Below, one piece after another: positions 26,436 through 38,003 of a stretch of DNA of 64,000 nucleotides (position 1 is the stretch's first letter; the number at the start of each line of letters is the position of its first letter). This DNA comes from Eledone cirrhosa. Lineage: Eukaryota. The notes beneath the pieces were generated by a model, which was given only the letters and a program-made list of their open reading frames with translations, ran no database searches and was not told where the DNA came from. Location: NCBI GenBank assembly GCA_964016885.1, contig OZ024743.1:329530001-329594000 (forward strand), written 5' to 3'. The position numbers and the translations under genes were made by a program.

Positions 26436-26616
26436 TATAGATGAGATTCTACAGGACTAGAACTGTTTCATTCTTTAGAAATCATCAGGAGATTCCTGAT
26501 GATTTCTTAAGAATGAAACAGTTCTAGTCCTGTAGAATCTCATCTATATTTTATACTCTGCAATGTATTGAGTACCTTACTTACTGTGGTTACCTCCGAT
26601 TCAACCCGGAATAACA
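26433..26616 (+). mobile_element. Fold-back miniature PLE-type element (family H1)
   Basis: Inverted arms 26434-26489 / 26495-26550 plus a 65-bp unique tail; (TA)n on both sides; near-identical copy at 39720-39912. Confidence 0.85.
26489..26541 (+). ncRNA. Type I hammerhead ribozyme
   Basis: Stem I GAGATTC/GAATCTC; core CTGATGA (26496-26502); short stem II TTC/GAA with U-U at its base; GAAA (26515-26518); stem III ACAG/CTGT; GUA triplet with predicted cut after 26534. Confidence 0.8.
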
Positions 26617-26694
26617 TATATATATATATATATACTCTATATATATATACATAGAAACAAACACACACATACTTATACTCACACACACATACTC

Positions 26695-26735
<41 letters not shown>

Positions 26736-26859
26736 CACATATATATATGTATATATATATCTATATCTATACATACACGTAGCGTGTCGGTTATCAGTGA
26801 CTATATCTCTGCCAGCATATCTGTAGTTCTATCACTGGTTTATATTTCTTTAACAGGAA

Positions 26860-27355
26860 GGAGAAGGAGGAGAGTGGGAGGTGTAGGAAGAGGAAGGTGT
26901 AGGAAGAGTGAGGGAGATAGAGAGAGGGAGGAATGTGTAGGAAGAATGAGGGAGATAGAGAGAGGGATGAAGGTGTAAAAAGAGCGAGAGGGAGGGAGGT
27001 GTAGGAAGTAAGGGAGAGAGGGTGGTGTAGGAAGAGAGAGGGAGGTGTAGTAAGAGAGAGAGAAAGGTGTAGGAAGAGCGAGAGGGAGGGAGGTGTAGGA
27101 AGTAAGAGAGGGAGGTGTAGGAAGAGGGAGGGAGGTGTAGGAAGAGAAATAGAGAGAGGGAGGAATGTGTAGGAAGAGCGAGGGAGATAGAGAGATGGAG
27201 GAAGGTGTAGGAAGAGCGAAGTAGGGGGAGGGAGGTGTAGGAAGTGAGAGAGAGAGGGTGGTATTGGAATAGAGAGAGAGAGAGAGGGTGGTGTTGGAAT
27301 AGAGAGAGCGAGAGAGCGAGGTGTTGGAATAGAGAGAGAGAGAGAGAGAGAGGCG
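26860..27355. repeat. Degenerate purine-rich tandem repeat (GGAGGTGTAGGAAGAG core)
   Basis: Motif recurs at 20-40 bp spacing. Confidence 0.85.
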
Positions 27356-27442
27356 GGTGGGAAGACCTTTCCAATTCAATTCTCTTCATCTATCAATTAT
27401 ATTATGGTGGTTGGTTTTTAGCATATTATTCTGCCGCCATTT

Positions 27443-29268
27443 CTACCACCACCACTACTACTACAACTACCACCACTACCACTACCACCACCACTACTAC
27501 TACTACAACTACCACCACTACCACTACCACCACCACCACTACTACTACAACTACCACCACTACCACTACCACCACCACTACTACTACAACTACCACCACT
27601 ACCACTACCACCACCACTACCACTACTACAACTACCACCACTACCACTACCACCACCACTACCACTACCACCACCACTACTACTACTACAACTACCACCA
27701 CTACCACTACCACCACCACTACTACTACTACAACTACCACCACTACCACTACCACCACCACCACTACCACCACCACTACTACTACAACTACACCACTACC
27801 ACTACCACCACCACAACTACTACAACTACCACCACTACCACTACCACCACCACCACTACCACCACCACTACTACTACAACTACCACCACTACCACTACCA
27901 CCACTACCACCACCACAACTACTACAACTACCACCACTACCACTACCAACACCACCACTAACACCACCACTACTACTACAACTACCACCACTACCACTAC
28001 CACCACCACCACTACCACCACCACAACTACTATAACTACCACCACTACCACTACCACCACCACCACTACCACCACCACTACTACTACTACAACTACCACC
28101 ACTACCAATCCCACCACCACCACTACCACCACCACTACTACTACAACTACCACCACTACCACTACCACCACCACCACTACCACCACCACTACTACTACAA
28201 CTACCACCACTACCACTAACACCACCACCACCCAAATCTAACTACACCACCACGACCTCCGCCATCACCATCCAAATCCATCAACACAAGCACAACAAAC
28301 ATCATCACCACCATCAGCACCACAACTATCTCCATCTTTATCACTACCACCATCATCGTCATCACCACCAACACCATCAACACCAACACCACCACCTCCA
28401 CCCCAGCAAACATCACCCCCCCCCCAACTATCGCCATGATCACTACCACCACCTCAACCATCATCACCACCACCATCACCATCATCATAACCATGACTAT
28501 CACCATCATCACCATCCCCACCATCACTATCACCATCACAACCATCATCATCACCACCACAACCACCACAATCATCACCATCATGACTATCACCACACTC
28601 ACCACGACCTCCTCTAACCAACTTAATCACCATATATATATATATATATGAGAATCACCACCACACTCTCATCACTATCACCACCACCTTCATCCTTATC
28701 ACCACCACCACCAAGACAACTACCACCACCACCACCACCGCCACCACCACCAAGACTACTACCATCACCACCACCACCACCGCCACCACCACCAAGACTA
28801 CTACCATCACCACCACCACCACCGCCACCACCACCAAGACTACTACCATCACCACCACCACCACCGCCACCACCACCAAGACTACTACCATCACCACCAC
28901 CACCACCGCCACCACCACCAAGACTACTACCATCACCACCACCACCACCACCACCACCACCAAGACTACTAACATCACCACCACCACCACCGCCACGACC
29001 ACCAACACCAAGACTACTATCATCACCACCACCACCACCACCACCTACCACCACCGCCACCACCACCACCACCACCATCACCACCACCACCAAAACCACC
29101 ATCACCACCACCATGACCACCACCAAGACCACCATCACCAACACCACCACCACCACCAAGACCACCACCACCACCACCACCGCCACCCACCAAGACCACC
29201 ATCACCAACACCACCACCATCACCAAGACCACCACCTACCACCACCACCACCACCACCACCACCACCA
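27443..29268. repeat. (ACC/ACT/ATC)n trinucleotide field with about 39-45 bp higher-order units
   Basis: ACAACT marker recurs every 39-45 bp in 27443-28230; 42-bp unit with CCAAGACTACTACCATCA in 28700-29030. Confidence 0.93.
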
Positions 29269-29428
29269 TGTAGTTGATGTTTGTTTTAGTTGCCGTGTTG
29301 TCTGCTCCCCCTCTCTCTCTAAAGGTTACACAGTTGTTCATTGTTGACTGCTGGAGATGCCATCAATAGCGTTCACGATTTGCATTTCTACATTACATAT
29401 ATGACACACACACACACACACATACACA

Positions 29429-29942
<514 letters not shown>

Positions 29943-29973
29943 AAGAATCAAAGAACTGCTCAAAACATTATTG

Positions 29974-30020
29974 TGCTTACAGCTGTTTCCTCCAAACCGA
30001 GGTTTGGATTCTTCGGAGCA
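29974..30020 (-). ncRNA. Type I hammerhead in the 3' pLTR (CCGAAGA core variant)
   Basis: TGCT-CCGAAGA-ATCCAAACCTCGGTTTGGAG-GAAA-CAGCTGT-A-AGCA; palindromic stem III ACAGCTGT; GUA triplet. Confidence 0.75.
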
Positions 30021-31463
30021 ATTTATTAATGCATGGACAGTTATATGACCTCCTTTTCAGCCGAGAGACATACCAATACATATTCAAACATTGATACATA
30101 TTCAAACATTGTGGGTCAACATTCATTACAGAATTTAGAGTGGCAGTACACACTTCGAGATTACATTTATATTAATAGGTACAATCAAAAATCAAAGATA
30201 TAGGTTAAAGTACAACATGAAGATAAGTGGTTATATAGTGCAAATGTTATATGTGTGGCACGCATGTGCGTCTTGTTTATATAGTGTGGCAGAGAGATAT
30301 GTGTGGTAGAGGCACTTAGGTAGGTAAATAAGAGTGTTAGGTTGGTAGATCTGGTGGCAAAGTCTTTATATGATTGATATAGTCTGTGTGTGGAGAAATA
30401 TTATAAGCATTAAAGATAGTGCAAGCATTAAAAGTGTTATAAGTATTGGAGATGCACAGCGCAGGGATGTCAAGTAATTCATGTACTTCGGCATTTTCAT
30501 GGTCAAGGGAGTGTATATTTCGATTATATGCCTTTCACATAATCCACAACAATCCAGTTAGAGATCGTAGTCTGGTGTTCTTTAGTTCGATACAGGAGGT
30601 TGTTACGTTTCGAGAAACGCCATTGAATACCGGAAGTGTGTGTGTGGCTAAGGGGAGTTAATGCATGCGGGGAGGTAACTCTGGGGTTTCTATATCTAGC
30701 CATTAAAATGTGTCCCAATATAGACCCTAAATTCTATGGTGAGGTGCACCTTCCAAGAGAGACTTTTAAAGCATAAAGTGTACTAACTATAGAGTAGTTT
30801 AACTAAATTATGCTGAAGGTGATCATATTATTATTAAGGTGGATTAACCCATCTTAAGGTGCTACAAATGGAAATTATAGATGATGAGCGAGGATTCTAA
30901 ATTAATGATCTCTGTGGTTGTAGTCTGCTCATATGACCAGGCGCGGTGATTGCAGGATTGCTTCAGGACCCAATGATCTCTGGTAAGATCTGGGTCATCG
31001 CTTGCTACATTGGATGTCGAAAGATAATCGTCCCCAGGCAGGCCAAAGGTCAATCCGCAGTCCTCGCGACCCCTCTCTGACCGTCAGATCATCCATATAC
31101 GTACAACCCGCACGGCAGTTGCATTGCATTCACTCACTGCGCTCAGCAGCCCGGTCCTACTGGTCCACAGCGCTACTCGATTAAATCATTTTACATCTGT
31201 CTAAGGAAGGTGTTTCCTCTGCCCAACACCATCCAACCGATCAATTCATGCTCAAATTACCCTTAGAGCGGTGTAGTGCCGTCCAAGTGGGTGGATGTTG
31301 TCACACCTGCCGTAGAGGTATAAATGGGTATTTTCCCTGCGAAGGGTTCCAGAGGGATGTCGTTGTTTGTGTTATAATGGATCAGCTAGTGTTGGGTATG
31401 TAGTATAGGGTGTGTCTCTGGTGTTTGATGCTAGATGTGGTGTTAGGTTCCAGTCCGACATTG

Positions 31464-33924
31464 CTATATATAGGGCTTAAAGTTTTGGAAGGAATGTCTG
31501 AGGCGGTGCTGGCAAGTTGCAAACACCTCAGATTTTTTGTTAAGTAGGTTACGGTTGGAGAAGATAATATTGTGTGTCTCTAGTATACAGAGGTTACAGA
31601 ATTTATTAGGTGGTTTGTACGAGGTCGCGCTGCCTATCACTTCCCATTTGAGTGTGTATGGTTTATTTTTAGATTTTAGATAGTGTATGTAGCTAGAAAG
31701 TGAGGTGGAGTTGGCTAGGCTGTGCTTTTTGAACGAGTGGATGTGCGAGTTATATCTGATTTTGAAGCAGTTAGAAGTGGAGCCTACATAGGTTTCTGAA
31801 GAGTTATTAGTCGTGACTGTGCATGAGTATATGACATCCTTGGTTAGGCATTTTTTATCTAAAGGGCAGGTTCTATTAGCTCTACAGTTACAATTATTCT
31901 GTGCGTTAGTCCGCTGGTTATAATGCAATGCGGAAGTCTGTGTGGTGGATATAGGATTTTGGGTGTTCGGGTTGGCAACCCTGGTGTTATTACTTATACT
32001 AGTGTTATTTCTATTGTTACTGCCGTTGCTATTGTTGCTTGCTACAGTGGTATTTAGAGGGTTTGCATCCCGTTGTGATTTTGTTTGTTGGAAGTAAGAA
32101 CTAATTTTACTATTATTGCTGCTAGCTATGTGGTATGCTAAGTTAGGCGTCGTAGAGTATGAGATTTTAATGGTGTTTTTGTTTAAGAGGTTGTGGTACT
32201 TGTGTCCTAGAGGGAAGTTTTTATCTAGTAGTGAGAAGAAAGCCCTAGGTATGTTGCGTGGAGACATTTAGGTTGAAAGGAGGGTTGAAAAATGTATTAT
32301 TTCTTCTTCTATTTTTGCTTTTAGTGTTTGGTGTGTTGCTTCCTCCTAAGGCCTCACAGTAGTTTCCATGGTAATGGTTACTTCCTGTGGCACCCTCCGC
32401 TTTGGTGTACTTGTGGTTGCTATTCCTATTATTAGATTTCCTCATGGACATGTTGTGCGAGATTATGTTGTAGCTATGTGTTTTCTTAGGTAGGAACTCA
32501 ATTTCTATATTATGGCCGGAGCTAGCTAATGCTTGATTGTAATATTGTGAGTTTTTGCTAAATATGTTTGCGTCATAGGACAGACTAGAGATTCTATTGG
32601 ACACCCCCTTAGAGATAGAGTTTAATATTGATCTAGGGTGATTAGACTTGGTATCTACGTAAATAAGTTTCTCATTAGGCTTATGGAAAGGTGTATATAT
32701 TTTTGAGTCTAGGTATAGTGTGGCGTCTAGGAAGTTAACATTTTTAGTGTTTTTGTCCATGGTGATACTAAGGTTAAAGTTTTTGAATGTCTTATGCAGT
32801 TGTTTTCTAGTTCTTTCTATATTAAATTTTTTATATTCTATGAGTAGAAGTGCATCATCGCGGTACAAACCACCGTTGAGGTAAGGGAGGTCTTTATGGA
32901 TTTCATTGAGGAGGTATAGGCCGACCAAATCAGTGACCTGCGCCGAGTCACTAGATCCCATGGTTATGTCGAAGTTGTTGTGCGTATCCTTGCGTGTCCA
33001 TAGTTGGTCCTCGAAGGTGATTATGGTTTTACGGGCCGCAAGGATGACATCAACCTGGGCTCTAGTCAGGTCGCTATTGGTCATGGCCATGATAAGTGCC
33101 TTATTTAATAGGATAGGGGAAATAGAGGTGTAGTATGAATTGATATCAAATTGAATAAATTTTTTGTTCTTATTATTCTTGATATCCTTAAACCATTCAA
33201 TTACTTCACCCGTATTTCCCCATTGTTTAAGGTGTATCTTGTGTTTAATTTGTGGGATGATTTTATCCAAAATCTTCTTGCTGATAATACCAATGTCGGA
33301 CTTGGAAGGGCAGATAAGTCTTATCGTGGGGTTGCTGATGAAGTTCTCCTTATGGTCCTTCAGAGAGAATCTAGGGGGGTTCGGAGTGAAAGGTTGTGTA
33401 TGCCTCTGTAGTCCTAGTTTAGACACTATATTATAACCCTCTACATTAATATCTTCTAAGTTTTTCAAGGTGGTTTTTTTGTAGCTTTTATGTAGTTCAT
33501 TATATATAAACTTTCTATAAGTAATATAATCTAGGCTGTATATGTTATTAGTTTTATCTGCGTGTACAATAATTTTATTACTAGTTTTGAATCCACTAAT
33601 AGAAGTGTTAAGTTTGTTTAAGAAGGTGTTGCTTCTAATATGGTGCTTATTGTATTTAATGTTCTTAACTAGTTTAACTAGGTCATTTTCAAAGGAGTTA
33701 AGTAGAGTGTTATGAGGGGGGCTTTTAAAGGTTTTAAAGCCGAAGGAGTCAAAATTGTTAGTATTATTCAAGTTGTTAGATTTGTTTCTATCATAATGGA
33801 ATGTCCTCCATCTCACTCTATTGATAAATGAATTTACACTGTTGATCAGCAATTTCTCATATGTATTCCTGGATGGTATTGGTATGTTCTTGGTTGACAT
33901 GGGGAGTTGGTCTTTGATTAGCAT
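31464..33924 (-). CDS. Penelope-like RT plus GIY-YIG endonuclease polyprotein (about 819 aa if one +1 insertion near 32257 is removed)
   Basis: RT motifs QFDINSYYTSI, ITMGSSDS, GLYRDD, VNFLD; linker CNCR..CPLDKKCL; GIY-YIG VIYSC...TYVGST...RYNSH; terminal CNLC..E...LLNKKSE...CQH. The two ORFs join as NPPFNLNVST/NIPRAFF. Confidence 0.9.
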
Positions 33925-34173
33925 ATTGGCAATATTATATGTCAGCTCAACGATATGGAGCAGTTAATAGTATTAGTTATACTATTTATGGTTATGTAAA
34001 CACAAAACCTTAAGCAGTTGTAAGTATTTTACACACACCCTAAATAGTGGTAGGCAGTAATGTATTACTACCTTATTACCAGTAAGTTAAGTAGCTCAAT
34101 GTAAAAACATCAGATGATTTACAGAGCAGTTATATGAAATATAAGAATCAAAGAACTGCTCAAAACATTATTG

Positions 34174-34220
34174 TGCTTACAGCTGTTTCCTCCAAACCGA
34201 GGTTTGGATTCTTCGGAGCA
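34174..34220 (-). ncRNA. Type I hammerhead in the 5' pLTR
   Basis: Identical to 29974-30020. Confidence 0.75.
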
Positions 34221-34967
34221 ATTTATTAATGCATGGACAGTTATATGACCTCCTTTTCAGCCGAGAGACATACCAATACATATTCAAACATTGATACATA
34301 TTCAAACATTGTGGGTCAACATTCATTACAGAATTTAGAGTGGCAGTACACACTTCGAGATTACATTTATATTAATAGGTACAATCAACCTCCTGTATCG
34401 AACTAAAGAACACCAGACTACGATCTCTAACTGGATTGTTGTGGATTATGTGAAAGGCATATAATCGAAATATACACTCCCTTGACCATGAAAATGCCTA
34501 AGTACATGAATTACTTGACATCCCTGCGCTGTGCATCTCCAATACTTATAACACTTTTAATGCTTGCACTATCTTTAATGCTTATAATATTTCTCCACAC
34601 ACAGACTATATCAATCATATAAAGACTTTGCCACCAGATCTACCAACCTAACACTCTTATTTACCTACCTAAGTGCCTCTACCACACATATCTCTCTGCC
34701 ACACTATATAAACAAGACGCACATGCGTGCCACACATATAACATTTGCACTATATAACCACTTATCTTCATGTTGTACTTTAACCTATATCTTTGATTTT
34801 TGATTGTACCTATTAATATAAATGTAATCTCGAAGTGTGTACTGCCACTCTAAATTCTGTAATGAATGTTGACCCACAATGTTTGAATATGTATCAATGT
34901 TTGAATATGTATTGGTATGTCTCTCGGCTGAAAAGGAGGTCATATAACTGTCCATGCATTAATAAAT

Positions 34968-35014
34968 TGCTCCGAAGAATCCAAACCTCGGTTTGGAGGA
35001 AACAGCTGTAAGCA
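34968..35014 (+). ncRNA. Type I hammerhead in the inverted pLTR
   Basis: TGCT CCGAAGA (34972-34978) stem II TCCAAAC/GTTTGGA, GAAA, ACAGCTGT, A, AGCA; predicted cut after 35010. Confidence 0.75.
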
Positions 35015-35381
35015 CAATAATGTTTTGAGCAGTTCTTTGATTCTTATATTTCATATAACTGCTCTGTAAATCATCTGATGTTTTTACATTGAGCTACTTA
35101 ACTTACTGGTAATAAGGTAGTAATACATTACTGCCTACCACTATTTAGGGTGTGTGTAAAATACTTACAACTGCTTAAGGTTTTGTGTTTACATAACCAT
35201 AAATAGTATAACTAATACTATATATATATATATATAAGTATTGAAGTTTCCGTTGAAAATTGAAAAAGTCATAGGAGTGAAGAATGCTCTATGTAAGTAC
35301 CAGAGCTAAATTTAATGTGTAATAAACAATACAATATAATTACCTCATTACCAGGTATATATATATATATATATATATATA

Positions 35382-36188
35382 TCCTCACTTTTCGTTGCTT
35401 CACCATCTTTGTTTGTTTACACTCTCGTGTCCCCTTTATTTACGTGTCCCAACGACTTTTTTTTAGCCGTTGCTCGCACCAACCGGAGGTATATGGTCTT
35501 TAAAGCGATGAAATACCAATGATGGTTGGAAGATCACTGATGAAGGATTAACTTTATTCATATGTAACCCATATGCAACCACGCAGCACGTTTATTTTCA
35601 TATTTACACATATTTTTTCCCCCGCTATGACCCGTCTATTTCGTTCTTACTGCTTCCTCTTTCTTTGTATCTTTAGCCTCTCTAACAGTCACTCTCTCTG
35701 TTAGCCTCTTCCTCCCCTTCACTCACTCACTCTCTGTTACTACCTCTCCTCCTCCTCCTTCTTCCCGTTTGACCTGTGCGTAATTCTTTTCTTTCGCACG
35801 CTTGGTCAGGCTGGTTCGCTTTTTTTCTCTCTCTCGTCTACGATTTCACAGAACTTATGTTCACCGAATTCACAGACTATATTCCTTCTTCCTCCCGTTA
35901 GACCTGTACGGAGTTCCTTCCTTGCTCACATTCCAACCAGGTTTGATGGTCTTTATTCTCTCTCGTTCACGATTTCGCCGAACTTATATTCATGGAAATT
36001 GGGAGTTGACTCGTTCTTCCTCACTTTTCGTTGCTTCACCATCTTTGTTTGTTTACACTCGTGTTCCCTTTATTTACGTGTCCCAACGACTTTTTTAGCC
36101 GTTGCTCGCACCAACAGGAGGTATATGGTCTTTAAAGCGATGAAATACCAATGATGGTTGGAAGATCACTGATGAAGGACTAACTTTA

Positions 36189-36195
<7 letters not shown>
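35382..36195 (+). mobile_element. Non-coding unit with about 175-bp terminal direct repeats, probably PLE-derived
   Basis: 35382-35560 is repeated at 36019-36195; both copies end in CACTGATGAAGGAYTAACTTTATTCATAT; (TA)n flanks. Confidence 0.6.
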
Positions 36196-36268
<73 letters not shown>

Positions 36269-36901
36269 ATGAACTAATGATTAATTGATTAATCGATTAA
36301 TTTAATTTGACAATTCCATTGATTGGTTAATTATTTAAGTTTGTTTAATAACGTTCTGGTTGAATGCTTAATTCAGTTTGTGTATGGAATTTTTGCCATT
36401 GCCCATCATTTTTGAATTGACCGCCAGAAACCGGGGTTACCTCCCTTTGGAGTAACATGTGCTTCACACCTGGTTTTGGGTTAGAACGAAAGCCTGTTGA
36501 GAAAGTAAATTCCTCTGTTCGATCTTCCAGAAACCTAACTTGGATACACCACAAGCGGATTTTGTTGATTTCGGATTTACAGAAACCTCACTTGGATATT
36601 CAGTAATTTCCAAGTTTCGGTCCAGGTATGTTATATATACAGATATGTGCATATATGTATGTATGTATATATATATATATGCGTACGTGTGTGTGTGTGT
36701 GTGTGTATTTCCTTTTCTCACTAGTCAGTTCTTTCGTTGCTACAGATCACGCGGCTAAATTAGCGGTCACTATTTTCAATTTGCAAAGCCCTTTAAACTG
36801 TATATTATTACTCTGAGGTTTATTCCTTGTCGAGTGCTTGGATCCACTGCTGAAGGCATTCGTTGGCTTGGCTGCTGATCGAACATCGAATATTCTGTAC
36901 T

Positions 36902-36958
<57 letters not shown>

Positions 36959-37087
36959 TTAAAATAAACACATGAAACAATCACAGGGGATAATTTGTAA
37001 AGTGTGTAATCACACATAGCTAGGTAGGTAACTAATTAAAGTTTAACTAGAGCTTCAAATATTACCTTTTAAAAAATGATTAATCTT

Positions 37088-37169
37088 CCTTGTATTTATT
37101 TCATTACGAAATATATTTCACCAATAATCCGGAAAGTCACAGTAGTCAAATCTTGGATCTTCAGCAAGG
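37088..37169 (-). ncRNA. Type I hammerhead ribozyme (minus-strand twin)
   Basis: Reverse-complement copy of 37406-37488 with one stem III mismatch and one loop change. Confidence 0.75.
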
Positions 37170-37405
37170 GGGTTTATTTATAGCGTGACAGCTATAAATA
37201 GCAGCCGAGTCCTTTCAAACGGCTCCTTAATTGTAGAGCTAAATCGGTTGAAAGGACTCGGCTGCTATTTATAGCTGTCGATCACCCTATTCACGCCAAT
37301 GGGAGGACGCTAGCATGTTGCTAGTAGTTTTAGAATTGCAACACGTGCGACGGATCACTCGCAGATTTGCATTTGATGTGTAAACACAGATAGTTATTTC
37401 TTCCC

Positions 37406-37488
37406 CCTTGCTGAAGATCCAAGATTTGACTACTGTGACTTTCCGGATTATTGGTGAAATATATTTCCTTAATGAAATATATACAAGG
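37406..37488 (+). ncRNA. Type I hammerhead ribozyme with long stems II and III
   Basis: Stem I CCTTG/CAAGG; CTGAAGA (37411-37417); stem II CCAA..TTGG; GAAA (37456-37459); 9-bp stem III ATATATTTC/GAAATATAT; AUA triplet with predicted cut after 37483. Confidence 0.82.
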
Positions 37489-37936
37489 AGGATTAATCGT
37501 TTTTTAAAAGGTAATATTAGTTACCTACCTAGCTATGTGTGATTACACACTTTACAAATTATCTCCTCTGATTGTTTCATGTGTTTATTTTAAATATATA
37601 TATATCAATCAATTTCTAGTTGATATAAAATGCTCGGATCTATTCATTGGAATCTTTGAGCTTATTCTACAGTGGATATGGCGCATGTCTCGGACATGAC
37701 TCACTTAATTTAATTTAATTTAATTTATTTCGGATATATATACATATTTTAAATATATATATATATATATATTTATTTTAAATATATATATATATATATA
37801 TTTATTAAAATAACAATTTAATAAATATATAAATAAATAACAATAATAAATATTTGCTCTACGGTTCTTATATATTTGATATATATTTATCCTTATCGAG
37901 CCCTCTTTGGATTTTAGTCTTCAAATTTATTATTTT

Positions 37937-38002
<66 letters not shown>

Positions 38003-38003
38003 A

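Larger units (their letters stand above)
29935..35220 (-). mobile_element. Penelope-like retroelement, near intact, with direct pseudo-LTRs and an inverted 5' pLTR
   Basis: RT plus GIY-YIG ORF; direct repeat 29935-30188 = 34135-34388 (offset 4200); 34386-35054 is the reverse complement of 29935-30602; 35055-35220 is the reverse complement of 33968-34134; (TA)n on both flanks. Confidence 0.95.
36955..37700. mobile_element. Fold-back PLE-type element (family H3) with nested hairpin
   Basis: About 200-bp inverted arms 36956-37172 / 37403-37597; inner 32-bp inverted repeat 37187-37279. Confidence 0.8.

Noticed and set aside
27244-29341. Poly-Thr, poly-Pro (formin-like), Gly-rich and poly-Val ORFs
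   Set aside because: They come from ACC/ACT microsatellites open in several frames, with no flanking domain.
35095-35112. ACTTACTGG resembling the U1 snRNA 5' end
   Set aside because: The match is short and imperfect with no further U1 structure; treated as part of the shared downstream motif.
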